From Octopus bimaculoides (Eukaryota): a stretch of DNA of 55,657 nt. Below the pieces are notes generated by a model that was not told the origin of the DNA, ran no database searches, and saw only the letters and a program-made list of their open reading frames with translations. The stretch is taken from the NCBI RefSeq assembly GCF_001194135.2, contig NC_068981.1, positions 66,245,951 to 66,301,607 on the forward strand, read 5' to 3'. A program made the position numbers and the translations under genes. Below, piece after piece: positions 1-12,990 of the stretch. Position 1 is the first letter of the stretch. Every line of letters starts with the position of its first letter.

Positions 1-82
<82 letters not shown>

Positions 83-99
83 CACACACGCACACACAA

Positions 100-640
100 T
101 GTTTGAGCAGCCGTCTTGAAGATCGCTCTTCTCACCTCGATGGCCCGAGGAAGGGACTCGAAAAAGGTACCCTAAAGATAGCCTGCTTTACCTCACCTTG
201 GCCTGCATGCCGCAACAGGCGGGGTTGCCAACTATGCGGTCAAAACACCAAGACTAAATCATCGGTGACATCGCTCACCATCGGCACATGGTATCATGGT
301 ATGTGCAAACGCTCATGGACAGCTCTAAAACAAAGAGATCTGAGAGACGGACAGCACTTGTCGCAAGAGGAATCGACAGGTGCAACATCAATATTGCAAC
401 TCTGAGCCAGAGCAGGCTTGCAAAAAGGTCAGCTGACAGAGGTCAAAGCTGGTTACACCTTCTGGAGTGGCCGCAACAGTGACTAATGTCGTGAAACAAG
501 ATTTGGTTTTGGCATCGAATCTAAATCTGATCGGCAAGCTGACCAGCTTCCCCAAAGGACTGAATGATCGACTGATGACTGCAACTCTCCTCAGAGGAAA
601 GTGCCATGCCACCATCATCATTGCTTACGACCTCACCATG
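100..640 (+). mobile_element. RTE-clade (BovB-like) LINE 5' fragment, decayed APE endonuclease N-terminus
   Basis: Across frameshifts it reads LTIGTW..VQTLMDS..RSERRTALVARGIDRCNINIATLSQSRLA..GYTFWSG..PKGLNDRLMT..RGKCHATIIIAYDLTM. This matches the RTE APE start (TIGTWNVRTL..RRTALVARELARYNIDIAALSETRL..ERLMT..ATIISAYAPT). Confidence 0.85.
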
Positions 641-830
641 AAAATTCTTTTTATATATATATGCAGAATCGCAACCTAAAAGTACCAGCCGATATAGTAT
701 ATTGGTATATTACATTTCGATTCATACATACAGCATTTATTTCACTATTCCATAACGGAATGTGAACACGGTACTGATACACTTCATAAGTGTGCATGTG
801 TGTGTGTGGTGTATGTCTGTGTGTGTATTT

Positions 831-1042
831 TCTTTTACTCTTTTACTTGTTTCAGTCATTTAACTGCAGCACCTTTTAATTGAAGAACTCGACCCCAGGA
901 CTTATTCTTTGTAAGCCTGGTACTTATTCTATCGGTCTCTTTTACCAAACCACTATGTTACAGGGATGTAAACACACCAGCATCAGTTGTCAAGCAATGG
1001 TGGTGGGTGACAAACAGACGCAAAGACACACACATAAATATA

Positions 1043-1079
<37 letters not shown>

Positions 1080-1234
1080 NNNNNNNNNNNNNNNNNNNNN
1101 NNNNNNNNNNNNNNNNNNNNNNNNNNNNNNNNNNNNNNNNNNNNNNNNNNNNNNNNNNNNNNNNNNNNNNNNNNNNNNNNNNNAATCCAGAACCATGTGG
1201 TTGGGAAGCAAGCTTCTTACTACACAGCCACGCC

Positions 1235-1235
<1 letters not shown>
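831..1235 (-). mobile_element. tRNA-derived SINE (family B) interrupted by an N gap
   Basis: Minus-strand head AGGCGTGGCTGTGTAGTAAGAAGCTTGCTTCCCAACCACATGGTTCTGG is nearly identical to the plus-strand head at 12816. The 3' body lies at 831-1030. Confidence 0.75.
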
Positions 1236-1310
<75 letters not shown>

Positions 1311-1741
1311 CGTATTTATGTATGAGCGTGTGGACGTGCAATATATACGTATATAAATGTATATGCCGAAGATGTTTTTTTTTCTTTAAATCAGACAATT
1401 ACAAATGAAGTGCAGTTTCCTATTTGCAAATAAAATAGGACGTAACTCAATATTGACTTTACGAACAGAATAATAAAATAGAACAAGATAAAATATAAAG
1501 AGAATCTGGAAAGATAAAAGCAGAGAAACAAGGATGCAGCCACTAGAAGGAAAGTATACTTAGAATAAACAACAAATCATCTCAGGATACCGCACATGAG
1601 TACAGACAATTATAATATCTTCTAGACTAAACAAATAAGTAGTGTTTGGAACCACAAATGAAATATACTTTTATTACGAAGCAATATTAACTACTTCGAA
1701 TTGAATTACCTGTACTTAACAGTAAATCTAGTAACGATTAC

Positions 1742-1807
<66 letters not shown>

Positions 1808-2243
1808 CAAGAGAGCCATCTGCTGATCAATATATCTTTTCGTTCTGTTTTCTCTTTCATCCTTCTAGTGTCAATAAAATAAAAGACCAGTAATAATATA
1901 TAGCTTTGATTCAATCGTACGAATACATACCTGGCTTTTCACTTGATCAGATAAATGTTATGTTCTTTACATAAACTAATGAGTTCGTCTTAATTTATAA
2001 TAAAATTAATGAGTAATAAATGAAAGTGGTGTGAGGATTCTTCGATATAACCTAAAAAAGAAAAAAACTAGAAAAAGCTGTGAATGGCCTGTTCACTTCA
2101 CTATCGCTCGGCCAGACGATAAGATGATTGTTGGTCGATATTGCGGTGGTTTTAAAAAGTATCAGATTTGCTATATTTACCTGTAACATGCAAAGATATA
2201 TACACATACACATGTGCGAATGTATTTATTTATACATAAATAT

Positions 2244-2295
<52 letters not shown>

Positions 2296-2308
2296 GTGTA
2301 TATATTCT

Positions 2309-2505
2309 ATCATAGGCACTAGACCTGATATTTTGGGGAAGTTAGGTGATCTATACATCGACTCCAGTACCGAACTGTACTTATTTTCCCGACTCCAAAA
2401 TGACGAAAGGTAGAGTCGACTTTGGCGGCATTTGAATTCAGAACGTAAAAATGGACGAAATGCCTCTGAATATTTTGTACGGCGTGCTGATGGTTCTGAC
2501 AACTT
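2309..2505 (-). mobile_element. tRNA-derived SINE family A (ATT-tailed), decayed
   Basis: Reverse complement matches the family A body (ACGTTCTGAATTCAAATGCCGCCAAAGTCGACTCTACCTTTCGTC) seen in many copies in this window. Confidence 0.8.
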
Positions 2506-2664
2506 GCGCGCGCGCGCACACACACACACGCACATACATACATACATCTGTTACTCCTTCTCTCTGAATGTGTGAGTGTGGTTGTGTGATCAAAATATAC
2601 ATCCATTGTATAGTAAAATTGAAGAACATGGAAAATTTCTAATCGGATAACACGCGCGCGCGCT

Positions 2665-2699
<35 letters not shown>

Positions 2700-3961
2700 T
2701 GAAATTAGAAAAAACCATAACATGCCTGAAAAATAACATGCTACCGTATTATTGGTTTCACATAATAGACAGTTGTAATTAAAGAAAAACATACATATAT
2801 GTTGAAAGCCTTGCTCAAGTATGACCTTAGCCTTGATGGCTAAAAGACATAAAAAAACTGAAAAAACATGTGATATGTTACTTAATGACTGTCCTTGTGG
2901 AAATAAATTAATTCGGGAACTTTTAAAAGCGAAATATATACACATGATTTACACACTTCTTGATACTTACTCTAAGCCAGTCTTTCTGAACAATTTTCTA
3001 CTTATAGACCCCTTTGATTACTATTTTATTCGGATGGCTTCTCCTAACCATCCAATGTTTAAAAAAATCCTATTACATTTTCACAATTAAATATTAGGAA
3101 TTGTATAAAAACACATTTTAAAGATGTTTTGTTTATTATAGAGGTAGAACCAATTCATTACAGATGCATTTTAAACAAAAAATCTTATGTGGACCCCACA
3201 AGGCCCATATTGAGCCAGATGAGAACCACTGCTCTAAGCTGTGACACCATATGCTAGAAATATCAGTCAAATCTCTTTCAGATCACACCCTATAGTCTTA
3301 AGAAGAGAAAGAAATCACTCAATAATGTTTACATGGAAACATTATAATTGAATAAAAAGGGATCCTATAGTCAAGGCAGAAGTTCATTTTAGGGGGTCTT
3401 TCAAATTTCCTGATGAGTTTTCTATGTTTGGTTTGGAAGATTAGCGGTCCTAAATCTATTAGGCAGTCATTAACGTTTCGGAACTCTCCTAGCTTCATCC
3501 CAAGAACGAAATGAAGGTAAGGATGACATGTTTTTCGCGCTTCTCGTTGGACTGCAACAGACCATATGAGTATTGACGATTTCGCCCCATTTTGCAGCCA
3601 TTAATTCCAGACATAGCATCTAAGGAATAACTATAAGATCTGACTTAACTGCTGAAGAATTTTAAAATCTGATATTAAAGGTAAGGTAATAGAACCAGCG
3701 TTATCATGCCACCTTGCGACTGCTGAAAACTGCACGCAAACATTCTATTCTACCATTATTTCAATCTGAAGATGGAATTGACAAGTCTCTGAAGTGTTAC
3801 TGGACTAATAGATTTTGGAAATCTAGTGTTTCAATAAGGAAATATGGAATAATCGTGTCTTTAGAACAAGAATGAAAAAGAAGCATACATACATACGAAT
3901 AATGTGTTCGTATGTATGCGTGAAAATATATGTGTATGTGTATACATTATATATATATATA

Positions 3962-4135
3962 TATATAAAAGAGACCACTAAGTGGTCTGTTAATGTGCTA
4001 GAAAAAGATCACTTAAAAAATTCTCAAAGAAAGATTCAGCAGAGCAAAAACAGGCGGGCGAATCCAGTGAAAACTATAAATACCTCTAGCACATTCTAGC
4101 ACATTAACAGACCACTTAGTAGTCTCTTTTATATA
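3962..4135. mobile_element. Foldback/MITE-like element with 41-bp terminal inverted repeats
   Basis: 3962-4002 TATATAAAAGAGACCACTAAGTGGTCTGTTAATGTGCTAGA is the reverse complement of 4095-4135 with one mismatch. It abuts a (TA)n tract. Confidence 0.8.
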
Positions 4136-4263
4136 CCCAAGTACTATAATCCTTTTAGGATCTCGGAAAATTTTTTCTGAACCTTCTGATTCTTTTAATG
4201 TGCTGGTTTCCTGGTATTAAATTGATATTAATTAATATCAAATTTTTACCCTATTATGTCAAT

Positions 4264-4295
<32 letters not shown>

Positions 4296-4347
4296 TCGAT
4301 CGATAGATAGATAGATATGCACACATACATGTAAATAGAGAAAAATG

Positions 4348-4393
<46 letters not shown>

Positions 4394-4699
4394 CTATATT
4401 TATTCATATATGAGATAGACAGATTGACAGAATAGATGTGATTAGGATGGTGGCCAATTTTATCAAGTTTGTCGTCAAGCAACAATTCAGGAATAAATGT
4501 TTCAAGAGAACAATGCATTATATGCATATTTCAATCGGTCAATAATAGTATAAAATATATAAACATGGAAATTTGATTAGATGCCAAGCCTCAAGCATAT
4601 CCTTTCAACAATTAGCGATTTATCGGGTAAGGTTACCATTTATGTTTCTAATTTTCTTGCATAGACTTTTGTATTCAATTCCTGAACCGTTTAAATATT

Positions 4700-4868
<169 letters not shown>

Positions 4869-5561
4869 TGGTTTTATGCTTTTGTCATGTATAAATATAT
4901 GAATAAAAAACATAGAAGTCGTATCCTCTGGTTAAGCATAGTATGCCACGTACTCAGTGCTAACCCAAACCAAAATTACAAATATGAATTATTAGATATA
5001 AAGAAGTAAATAATTGCGAATTCATTATTTCAAAATTCATTATGCAAAATTCAGTGAATAACTAATATTTTCATGTCGAAAGGCAACTTTCCCTGTATTT
5101 TTCAACTTACATACATACATACATACATACACATATGACGGTATTAAACGCACGTACTTTAGCTTTAGCTTCAAAATGCTTTAAATATATTGACGTAAGA
5201 GTAGAAAAATTCCTGTATTTTGCTATAGAATGAAGATGCATGGGCGGATATAAACAGTCAATACATCTGTTTGTTCGTCTGATATAACGTTCAGAGGCAT
5301 TTTTCTTTCAGAGTTAGCTCTGTTTAAATATAGACGAGAAGTCTCTTAAGAAATGTCTAAGCTGTCTTAAAGAATTCGCTGGATATTTGCGATTTAAATG
5401 ATTTGTTTAATGCCTTTAAGCAATCATATGAAACCTGCTGTGTTTTGTTTCAGAGTGATGCAGTCTTTTGTTGATAGTTTCTGTATTTAATACCTACTAT
5501 CTACCCTGATTAATTTAATCATGGCATTTGATTACACTAAACAATACCCGAATATTAAAGA

Positions 5562-5844
5562 TGTTGTTGTTGTTGGCACTCCGTCGCTTACGACGTCGAG
5601 GGTTCCAGTTGATCCGATCAACGGAACAGCCTGCTCGTGAAATTAACGTGCAAGTGGCTGAGCACTCCACAGACACGTGTACCCTTAACGTAGTTCTCGG
5701 GGATATTCAGCGTGACACAGTGTGACAAGGCTGACCCTTTGAAATACAGGTACAACAGAAACAGGAAGAAAGGGTGAGAGAAAGTTGTGGTGAAAGAGTA
5801 CAGCAGGGTTCACCACCATCCCCTGCCGGAGCCTCGTGGAGCTT
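5562..5844 (-). mobile_element. tRNA-derived SINE family C, 3' part (5' end lost in N gap)
   Basis: About 275 bp shared with the 23009-23390 copy, with about 9 substitutions counted by eye. (CAA)n tail on the minus strand. Confidence 0.9.
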
Positions 5845-6241
5845 NNNNNNNNNNNNNNNNNNNNNNNNNNNNNNNNNNNNNNNNNNNNNNNNNNNNNNNN
5901 NNNNNNNNNNNNNNNNNNNNNNNNNNNNNNNNNNNNNNNNNNNNNNNNNNNNNNNNNNNNNNNNNNNNNNNNNNNNNNNNNNNNNNNNNNNNNNNNNNNN
6001 NNNNNNNNNNNNNNNNNNNNNNNNNNNNNNNNNNNNNNNNNNNNNNNNNNNNNNNNNNNNNNNNNNNNNNNNNNNNNNNNNNNNNNNNNNNNNNNNNNNN
6101 NNNNNNNNNNNNNNNNNNNNNNNNNNNNNNNNNNNNNNNNNNNNNNNNNNNNNNNNNNNNNNNNNNNNNNNNNNNNNNNNNNNNNNNNNNNNNNNNNNNN
6201 NNNNNNNNNNNNNNNNNNNNNNNNNNNNNNNNNNNNNNNNN

Positions 6242-6283
<42 letters not shown>

Positions 6284-6947
6284 AATGAGTATCATCTAGC
6301 TGGTTTGAATAAACCAATTAAAGACATGATACAACTTTACAATGCAGCCAGTATTTTTCCTATTTAACAAAAATTGTAATAATGTGACTAAAGTCGTTAC
6401 ATACATTTCACAAGCAACACACTTTTATGTAAGCAAGCTGAGTATTGACATACAATCAAAATTCTATATTCCGACAGCTTTAAATTAATCCTGACAAACG
6501 TACTTTTGATAGCGTCTCACATAAAGATAGAAACTTATATATTCAGTCGATTCCAAACAATAAATATAATTCAAACTGCAAGACACGACAGAAGTGCAAG
6601 GAAAATACATTTCAAAGGTCAAAAGTTCTCTCAGATTCCATTTTGACTATGATTACATTGCTCTTCCCAACATATGAAGTTTCTAACTGTAATAGAGTAA
6701 TTTCTTTGTTGCTGAAAATCCTGAATATTTCATGTTCTTGAAATGTCGGTAAATTTCAAACTGATCTCAGGACAAAGATATAACGTAATAAGAGAATATA
6801 ATATATTAATAATAGAAAATAAACTATCCGTTATCATGCATGAAGATAAGTGTGTTTATTCATACGAATGTAGCAGGGTGCGCGTGTATGCCGGTTTGGG
6901 TGATTGGTTTACATATGAGAGTACACACACACACACACACACACGCA

Positions 6948-7007
<60 letters not shown>

Positions 7008-7049
7008 TAATTGGCTGACTCATTACAGCGTCAGACAGAGTGTTTGTAG

Positions 7050-7230
7050 TTTTTGTTCCGATTCTTTGCGCTTTCATTTCAAATTTCGTCGAGGTTGACT
7101 GTGCCTTTCAGGTCGGAAAAAAAGAGTTAATCCAAAGTGGTAGATTAGCAGAACTATTAGAACGTTTGACCCGATGCCTTGCAGTAAACTTTCTAGTTCT
7201 TTGCGTTCTGAGTTCAACTTCTGCCATGGC
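7050..7230 (+). mobile_element. Two decayed partial family A SINE copies
   Basis: TTCAAATTTCGTCGAGGTTGACTGTGCCTTTCA and TTAGCAGAACTATTAGAACG..GCGTTCTGAGTTCAA motifs. Confidence 0.6.
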
Positions 7231-7602
7231 CTGTATATGTGGTAGATTTCACCCTTTGTCCGGTTTAACACCACTTCATTTCACTTTGGGTGCCTCTGTT
7301 GTAAGTGTCGAGAACAGGTTTCCTGTTTGAGGATACCTCCCTCACTTCCACCCATTAGTCTCAGAGGCGTGAGCATTGCCTTCCCGCCTCATCAAAAGAT
7401 GAAACAAATATGCATAACTGAAAGAAAAAACGCTCGACGTTTTACGCATAAAGTACATGTGGGATCGATGAGACAGTAGTTAATGTATGGTGGTATATGA
7501 TGATATGTCAGTTTAGGTGGATTTTTATTAGTCAAGATGTGTCAAGCAGGAAAGTGCGGTAGGCTGAAAACAGCTGGACAGGGATGATGTGAGAGACCTT
7601 AC

Positions 7603-7802
7603 CTAATTCAAGTCTGTGTTTGTTAAGAAAAGCCACACCGCATAGCACGTTGAATGTGGTCTTTATGAGGGTTTTTTTGATTGGTCTGAGACTTTCGGCT
7701 ATCAAGAAGCTATCCAGGGAAAGACCTCTTCCAATAATAACAGTTAGCCCTCTGACCTCCATTTGAGTGATATTGCTCACTGCTTCAATACATGAAACAT
7801 CT
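7603..7802 (-). CDS. Candidate internal coding exon of a secreted protein, FREM/ECM3 N-terminal-domain-like
   Basis: Acceptor tgtttctttaacag, donor TTAG|gtaagg. Stop-free frame DVSCIEAVSNITQMEVRGLTVIIGRGLSLDSFLIAESLRPIKKTLIKTTFNVLCGVAFLNKHRLELG. By eye, GLTVIIGRGLSLD and CGVAFL resemble FREM2 GLRVPFGREVWLD and CAVSVL. Not database-confirmed. Confidence 0.45.
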
Positions 7803-8152
7803 CTGTTAAAGAAACATGCATTTCCGTAATTTGTTGAAATACAGAATAGCTTTATAGACAATGTACCATGTTACTACAGTACATTCAGATCATTAGGTCT
7901 TTAGTTCCGAAATTCGATCTTCATTTTAGTTACCGAAATGAGGGGTTATTTAGTTGGCGTGCAATGCACGTTTAAACAGCTTTCACAAAATATATTGTAG
8001 TTGCAGTTAACAACACAGGGACAGAGATATAGAAAACTGTCAGTTAAATATAATATTTTAAAATTAATAAATAACGTTGGTGTCTAGAGTATTTCATTAA
8101 GCTAGATTAATTTTTTCATAACCGAATATTACAACGTAATGCAACGAGTTAC

Positions 8153-8207
8153 CGTTAATTATGGCCACCAAAAGTAACAAAAACTGTTCTACGCTGACTG
8201 TTTTCAT
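8153..8207 (-). CDS. Candidate signal-peptide exon (MKTVSVEQFLLLLVAIIN, phase 1)
   Basis: ATG at 8207, hydrophobic core FLLLLVAII, donor AACG|gtaact. It joins in frame to the 7603 exon only if the second AG of cagAG (exon start 7800) is used. Confidence 0.3.
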
Positions 8208-9067
8208 TGTCTGCATAAATGACATGAATATATGACAACAACTTTTGCTATTAAATCTATGTTGCAGAAGGGAATCACTGGAAACGGGGGTTGTACATGG
8301 TTTCAGTTTTATTTCCATTCTATAGTTCAGTAATTCAAAGAAACTACTCTACCTTTAATCAATATGTTTGATCTCTTCTCTATTTTGACAAAGGGAATAA
8401 ATTTCAATAGTTATATATTCTTATTTCAAAGAAATTTCTGATATAGTTGAATGATACCAATTTAAAACCTTACATTAACAATTAAGCTGATATTGCCCAC
8501 GGGATTTTCTCTTTGATCTTAAGAGCTGTGCATTCAACGGTTCCAGGTGTCTGCACTGTCTGGGGTATTTTTGCACTTGCTATAACCATGAGAATTAAAA
8601 TACCAAAAATAATAATCAATGGGGAAAGGAACAGAATATATTTTGGGATTGTCTCAAAAACGCATGAATTCTATTTTCACAAAAGATACTGTGAACAATA
8701 TATAATTTTCAAGATGTGGAAAATGAAGTAAAAGCATAACCTTAAAATTAGAGTTGGCATTCAATTAGGAAAACTCAAGACTAGGAATCAATCTTCATCC
8801 GCCATTCAATAAAATCACGCGCAATATACAAATTCCTCACACTATAATTTTCCATCTCAGTTTAATCTCGTTTGTTAATAGAAAATGTCTGCAATATCTT
8901 CAAATTGTACCCACTCCAATGTCTGACAAATACTTGCAACCCGGATACAGTTGCACTAGCAAGAACGTTTGCATTGGAAGCAATGGTTTTCAAATTCATC
9001 TCTCTCTATATATATATTTAAATATTTGTATATTAACAGAGCAAAATTACACAGAATAGAAGAATAG

Positions 9068-9274
9068 AAAGACAGAAAATTAAAGGGGAAAAGGTATGGT
9101 TTTACAGGTCCGACAACTGTTTCTGGGGACTCACCAATGTTTATTTGCTTCAATTACCGGTTGCATATTTTTGTGAACTACATCTGCCAATATCATGAAG
9201 TAACTCCGAGACAGCAGAAACAGCTGTCGGGCCTGTAACACCATACCTTATCCCTTTTGATTTTCTATGTCTTT
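9068..9274. repeat. Imperfect inverted repeat (foldback)
   Basis: Core arms 9091-9125 and 9215-9249 are reverse complements with 3 mismatches in 35 bp. Weaker complementarity extends outward to about 9068 and 9274. Confidence 0.8.
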
Positions 9275-9554
9275 ATTAATATATATAAATATTTATATAT
9301 CTATACTCATACTTGAATATTCATCATCCGAAAATTTTCAGTCTTTGCCTTCTCTCTATTTACAAGTATACACGTATGTATATTTTGTTTATTTGCATCA
9401 TTATCTGCATATCAACTCGCCCGAATTCTTCTTATAGCCACTTTTTATTCCACGAACTTGGTCCTTTACAAAGATTTCGGAGTGTAAGTTCAAATCATTT
9501 GAGCACTACATAGTATTTTCTATATGAGCATCTCTGGATTCCATCTGTTGACTA

Positions 9555-9631
<77 letters not shown>

Positions 9632-9633
<2 letters not shown>

Positions 9634-9950
9634 ATTGTGTGAAGCTGCTTGGTACAGACTGACCTTGAACTCTGGTGTCCATGCGCACTAAGTTTTAACG
9701 TTCTAGTCTACTTCTACCGTTTACAGCAGTATTTGGAAGGAAGGTGTTTAGCGTGTAATCGTCACATTGACCATGACAGAAAGTTGTCATGGGGATACCT
9801 GCTCAGAGATCTACGCAAAGTTGCAGAAAGTGTATGGAGAGAAGTGTAGGAGTCGCATACAAGTGTACAAGTGGTTCAGACCTTTCCAAGAGGACCCAAA
9901 AAATGTCGATATTGACGAACGTTCTCGGAGACCTGCAACTGGTAATACTG
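9632..9950 (+). mobile_element. Mariner (Tc1/mariner) transposon 5' fragment with transposase N-terminal HTH
   Basis: GDTCSEIYAKLQKVYGEKCRSRIQVYKWFRPFQEDPKNVDIDERSRRPAT matches the mariner HTH / ERSGRP motif. No DDD domain is present. Confidence 0.9.
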
Positions 9951-9990
9951 GTAATGTTATACAGTTTAAGGTTTAAATTGCACTAGACGA

Positions 9991-10051
<61 letters not shown>

Positions 10052-12815
10052 CATGTGTGTGTGTGTGTATACATGTGTGTGTGTGTGAAATACTATGCTA
10101 TATCATACACTACATTCATATCTTATTCATTACAAATGAAATCTAAGTTCTTCAATTTCATACCTATGTAAATCTACTTAAATCAAAATCAAATAGGCAT
10201 TTAATTTTTTTACAAAATAACCCAATCGAAAGTTGCATCATTGTTGTATTCCACACTTCATAGGACGATATTCAAAGAAACCACTTAAATAGATACAGTA
10301 ATACAAAACTTCGAAGTAATAGCAAATATAAAATGACATTTTTTCCGGTGCATAATTCTGTCCATATAATTTTGATGCAACAAATATTTTTAAGTCTTTT
10401 GCATCATCCAGTAAACCAGATTAATATCCAGCGATTGAAGAAAGGAAAATCCTATTATTCGTTTTTCAAATACTTCGTTGCTTTCTAATTCTCATTTTAA
10501 TATTATTATTTGTAGAATGCTTCAAACAAAGACTAAAATTTGATTTACTCAGGTTTTTTAAGCCTATTTCCCTGCGGTTACTCTAATTTATCACGAGTTA
10601 ATTTCCACAATTCTAGAATATCTAGTATTTTGTTTCTTGATATTCAAATGTGTTACTGCAGAATAATCTCTGAACAAAAGATTTTAATCATTTGTATGTT
10701 GTTTGGAAATTTGCGTAATTACTTCAGAGCATTATTGTTAAACCCGTACAAATATCTAGTTTCTGATCAGATTTCTTAAGAGATGCAAAAAAAGAGAAAG
10801 AGAAAAGAAATGTAAGATATTGTGCAATATTTTACATCTCTTCCTATCATTCATCTTTGCTCTGCTTTTACAAGCAATTTTTTGTAATCGTTTGGACGTA
10901 AATCTCTCAACCCTAAGAACTGCGACTTGGTCAGTTAGTGTGATGAAAATTTTGATGCTAAACGTTTAAGTGACGTTAAGTGTTTGAATGTCTAATATAT
11001 GTCTTCCACGTTGTCATTGTTTCACTTTCAACAAGCGGTCTCAGATTAAATCACTTGACTGACAAGCACATCTCCGAAATGTAATAGGCCTCTGTGTTTT
11101 ATGCAATTTTACATGCAAATAAAAACTTTGTGTTTTTTTCTGCAATTTTACACCTTTCTTTTACATACTAACACTAACGTTTCTTTATTCACATAGTAGA
11201 GGTACTTTGAGTCAGCTAAAAGTCGACTAATTTTATCATTTTATCTGTGTAGAATTGTTTTCATAAAATTTAAACGGCTTTAAAATTTTGTGTTTGCAAG
11301 AGAAAAAAAGCATTCTTGTTTTAGGATAAGTAATTTATCGTCACCATATAGGATTTTTCGAATCTAAGAAGGGTTTTGCAACGATAGCGCAGTGTAGTTT
11401 TTTATATTTTATGTTAGAGTAAAGATAAAGATGTATTTTGCTAGTCTAGCTTAATTGCGTAATTTTTAATGGAATTAGAAAACGATTCTATATAATAACG
11501 GATATTCTTTGTTGTAAAGGCACATCTTTAGATAACGTTGCGTACCAAACAGCTACCTCTAAGGGGAAAAGTGGAAGCTGTTCTACAGTTACAATTTACG
11601 ATATTATTATTTTACAAAAGTTGACTCACGCTGATGTACCTCGGAATAATTATGGTTATACCTTGCTTCTACTCTATTTAGAATACTATAGAATACCTTA
11701 ACACACCAAATGAAGGGAAGCCACAACTTTTTCCATTGCTGGATTTAGAATGATGTAAATAGTACAGCTGAACCAGTACCTTACAAAAGGGGGCACACAA
11801 CAGATAAAAAATAATATACATATAAAATAGCAATAAAATACTTCTATTAGTACTATAATAGTATTGAAGAGGCTAAGAATATAACTTAAATTTTGGAAAG
11901 GCAATAACATTGACAATATCAGCTGCCAGTTGAAACAGGTACAAACGTTCGTTCTACCGTGAGTCTGTGACAGTTGTCTGACAGTCACAGCCAAGAAAGA
12001 TATCTGATGGCTAGTGTCTTGATAGAGTTACTGGATGTTGTAAACCATTGGGTGATGTATTGGATAGCAGAGACTGTTGCACATATTTTCATCATACATA
12101 TGTTATATATGATTCGTTTACTATCTTAGATAGCATTAGGAACAAAGAAACTGTTCTATTTTAATGCATGGTGTTACACGTGAAAGAAACAAGTTTCTGA
12201 ATTTCCTTACAAATAAATTACTTTATATGAACAAAATAAATTACTTATATTAACAAAATATGGGATGTGCGTTAACCTAGGCCGATCTATTACCGTAAAT
12301 ATGATTAAAGCAAGACAGCTTAACATATTTTATAAATTATCAGATATTGTGGCTGTTTGTATTTTACTCTTATAACAGTTTCGAAAATAAATAAATGCAA
12401 ATATAAAATTTGTAGTTTTTCCAATTGCGCTTGTAAATAAATAATATGATGATATTACTGCTTTTTAATGTTAAATAAATAGCATGGTATAAAGACAAGA
12501 AAAGACCGCTGATGGCATATTTCATATAGTTATATAGTCAGGGCAGAGTGATGGGTTCGAAGACAACTGATTCTTTAATCTACTGTTTCACATATAACAT
12601 TTAATGCACTTAGTTTTACAATGGAAGAGTCGAGTGAGAACCACTGATCGGTTTGTACTTAGAGCATTTGTTGACCTTAATTCGGTGTTGATTACACGAA
12701 CAGACACACACACACATTATATATTCAACATATAAATATGCACACACACACACACACACACACTTTTATACGCTTATATCTCTTTCTAAGTAAGTATGGA
12801 TGCGGTGTTGATGAA

Positions 12816-12968
12816 GAAGCTGGCTGTGTGGTAAGAAGCTTGCTTCCCAATCACATGGTTCTGGGTTCAGTCCCACTGCGTGGCACCTTCGGTAAGTGTC
12901 TTCTACTATAGCCTCAGGCCGACCAAAGCCTTGTGAGTGGATTTGGTAAACAGAAAGAAGCCTGTCGT
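12816..12968 (+). mobile_element. tRNA-derived SINE family B
   Basis: A-box-like TGGCTGTGTGG and B-box-like GGTTCAGTCCC, body GGCCGACCAAAGCCTTGTGAGTGGATTTGG, ends in (TA)n. Confidence 0.85.
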
Positions 12969-12990
12969 ATATATATATATGTATATATAT

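Noticed and set aside
3408-3425. Other CTGATGA occurrences (3408, 17570, and minus strand at 24320, 26630, 45858)
   Set aside because: No downstream stem II + GAAA + UH arrangement.
5685-6367. Long ORFs of 150-236 aa here and at 15.9, 40.7, 48.7 and 50.3 kb
   Set aside because: They are composed of X (N gaps) and CV/HT/YI dipeptide runs translated from microsatellites.
11698-11994. Hydrophobic 98-aa minus-strand ORF resembling GPCR transmembrane segments
   Set aside because: Hydrophobicity follows from T-rich composition; no GPCR motifs and no convincing exon frame.
12816-12875. tRNA-like heads here and at 23330-23390 and 38540-38598
   Set aside because: They are SINE heads continuing into SINE bodies; no complete cloverleaf or acceptor stem.
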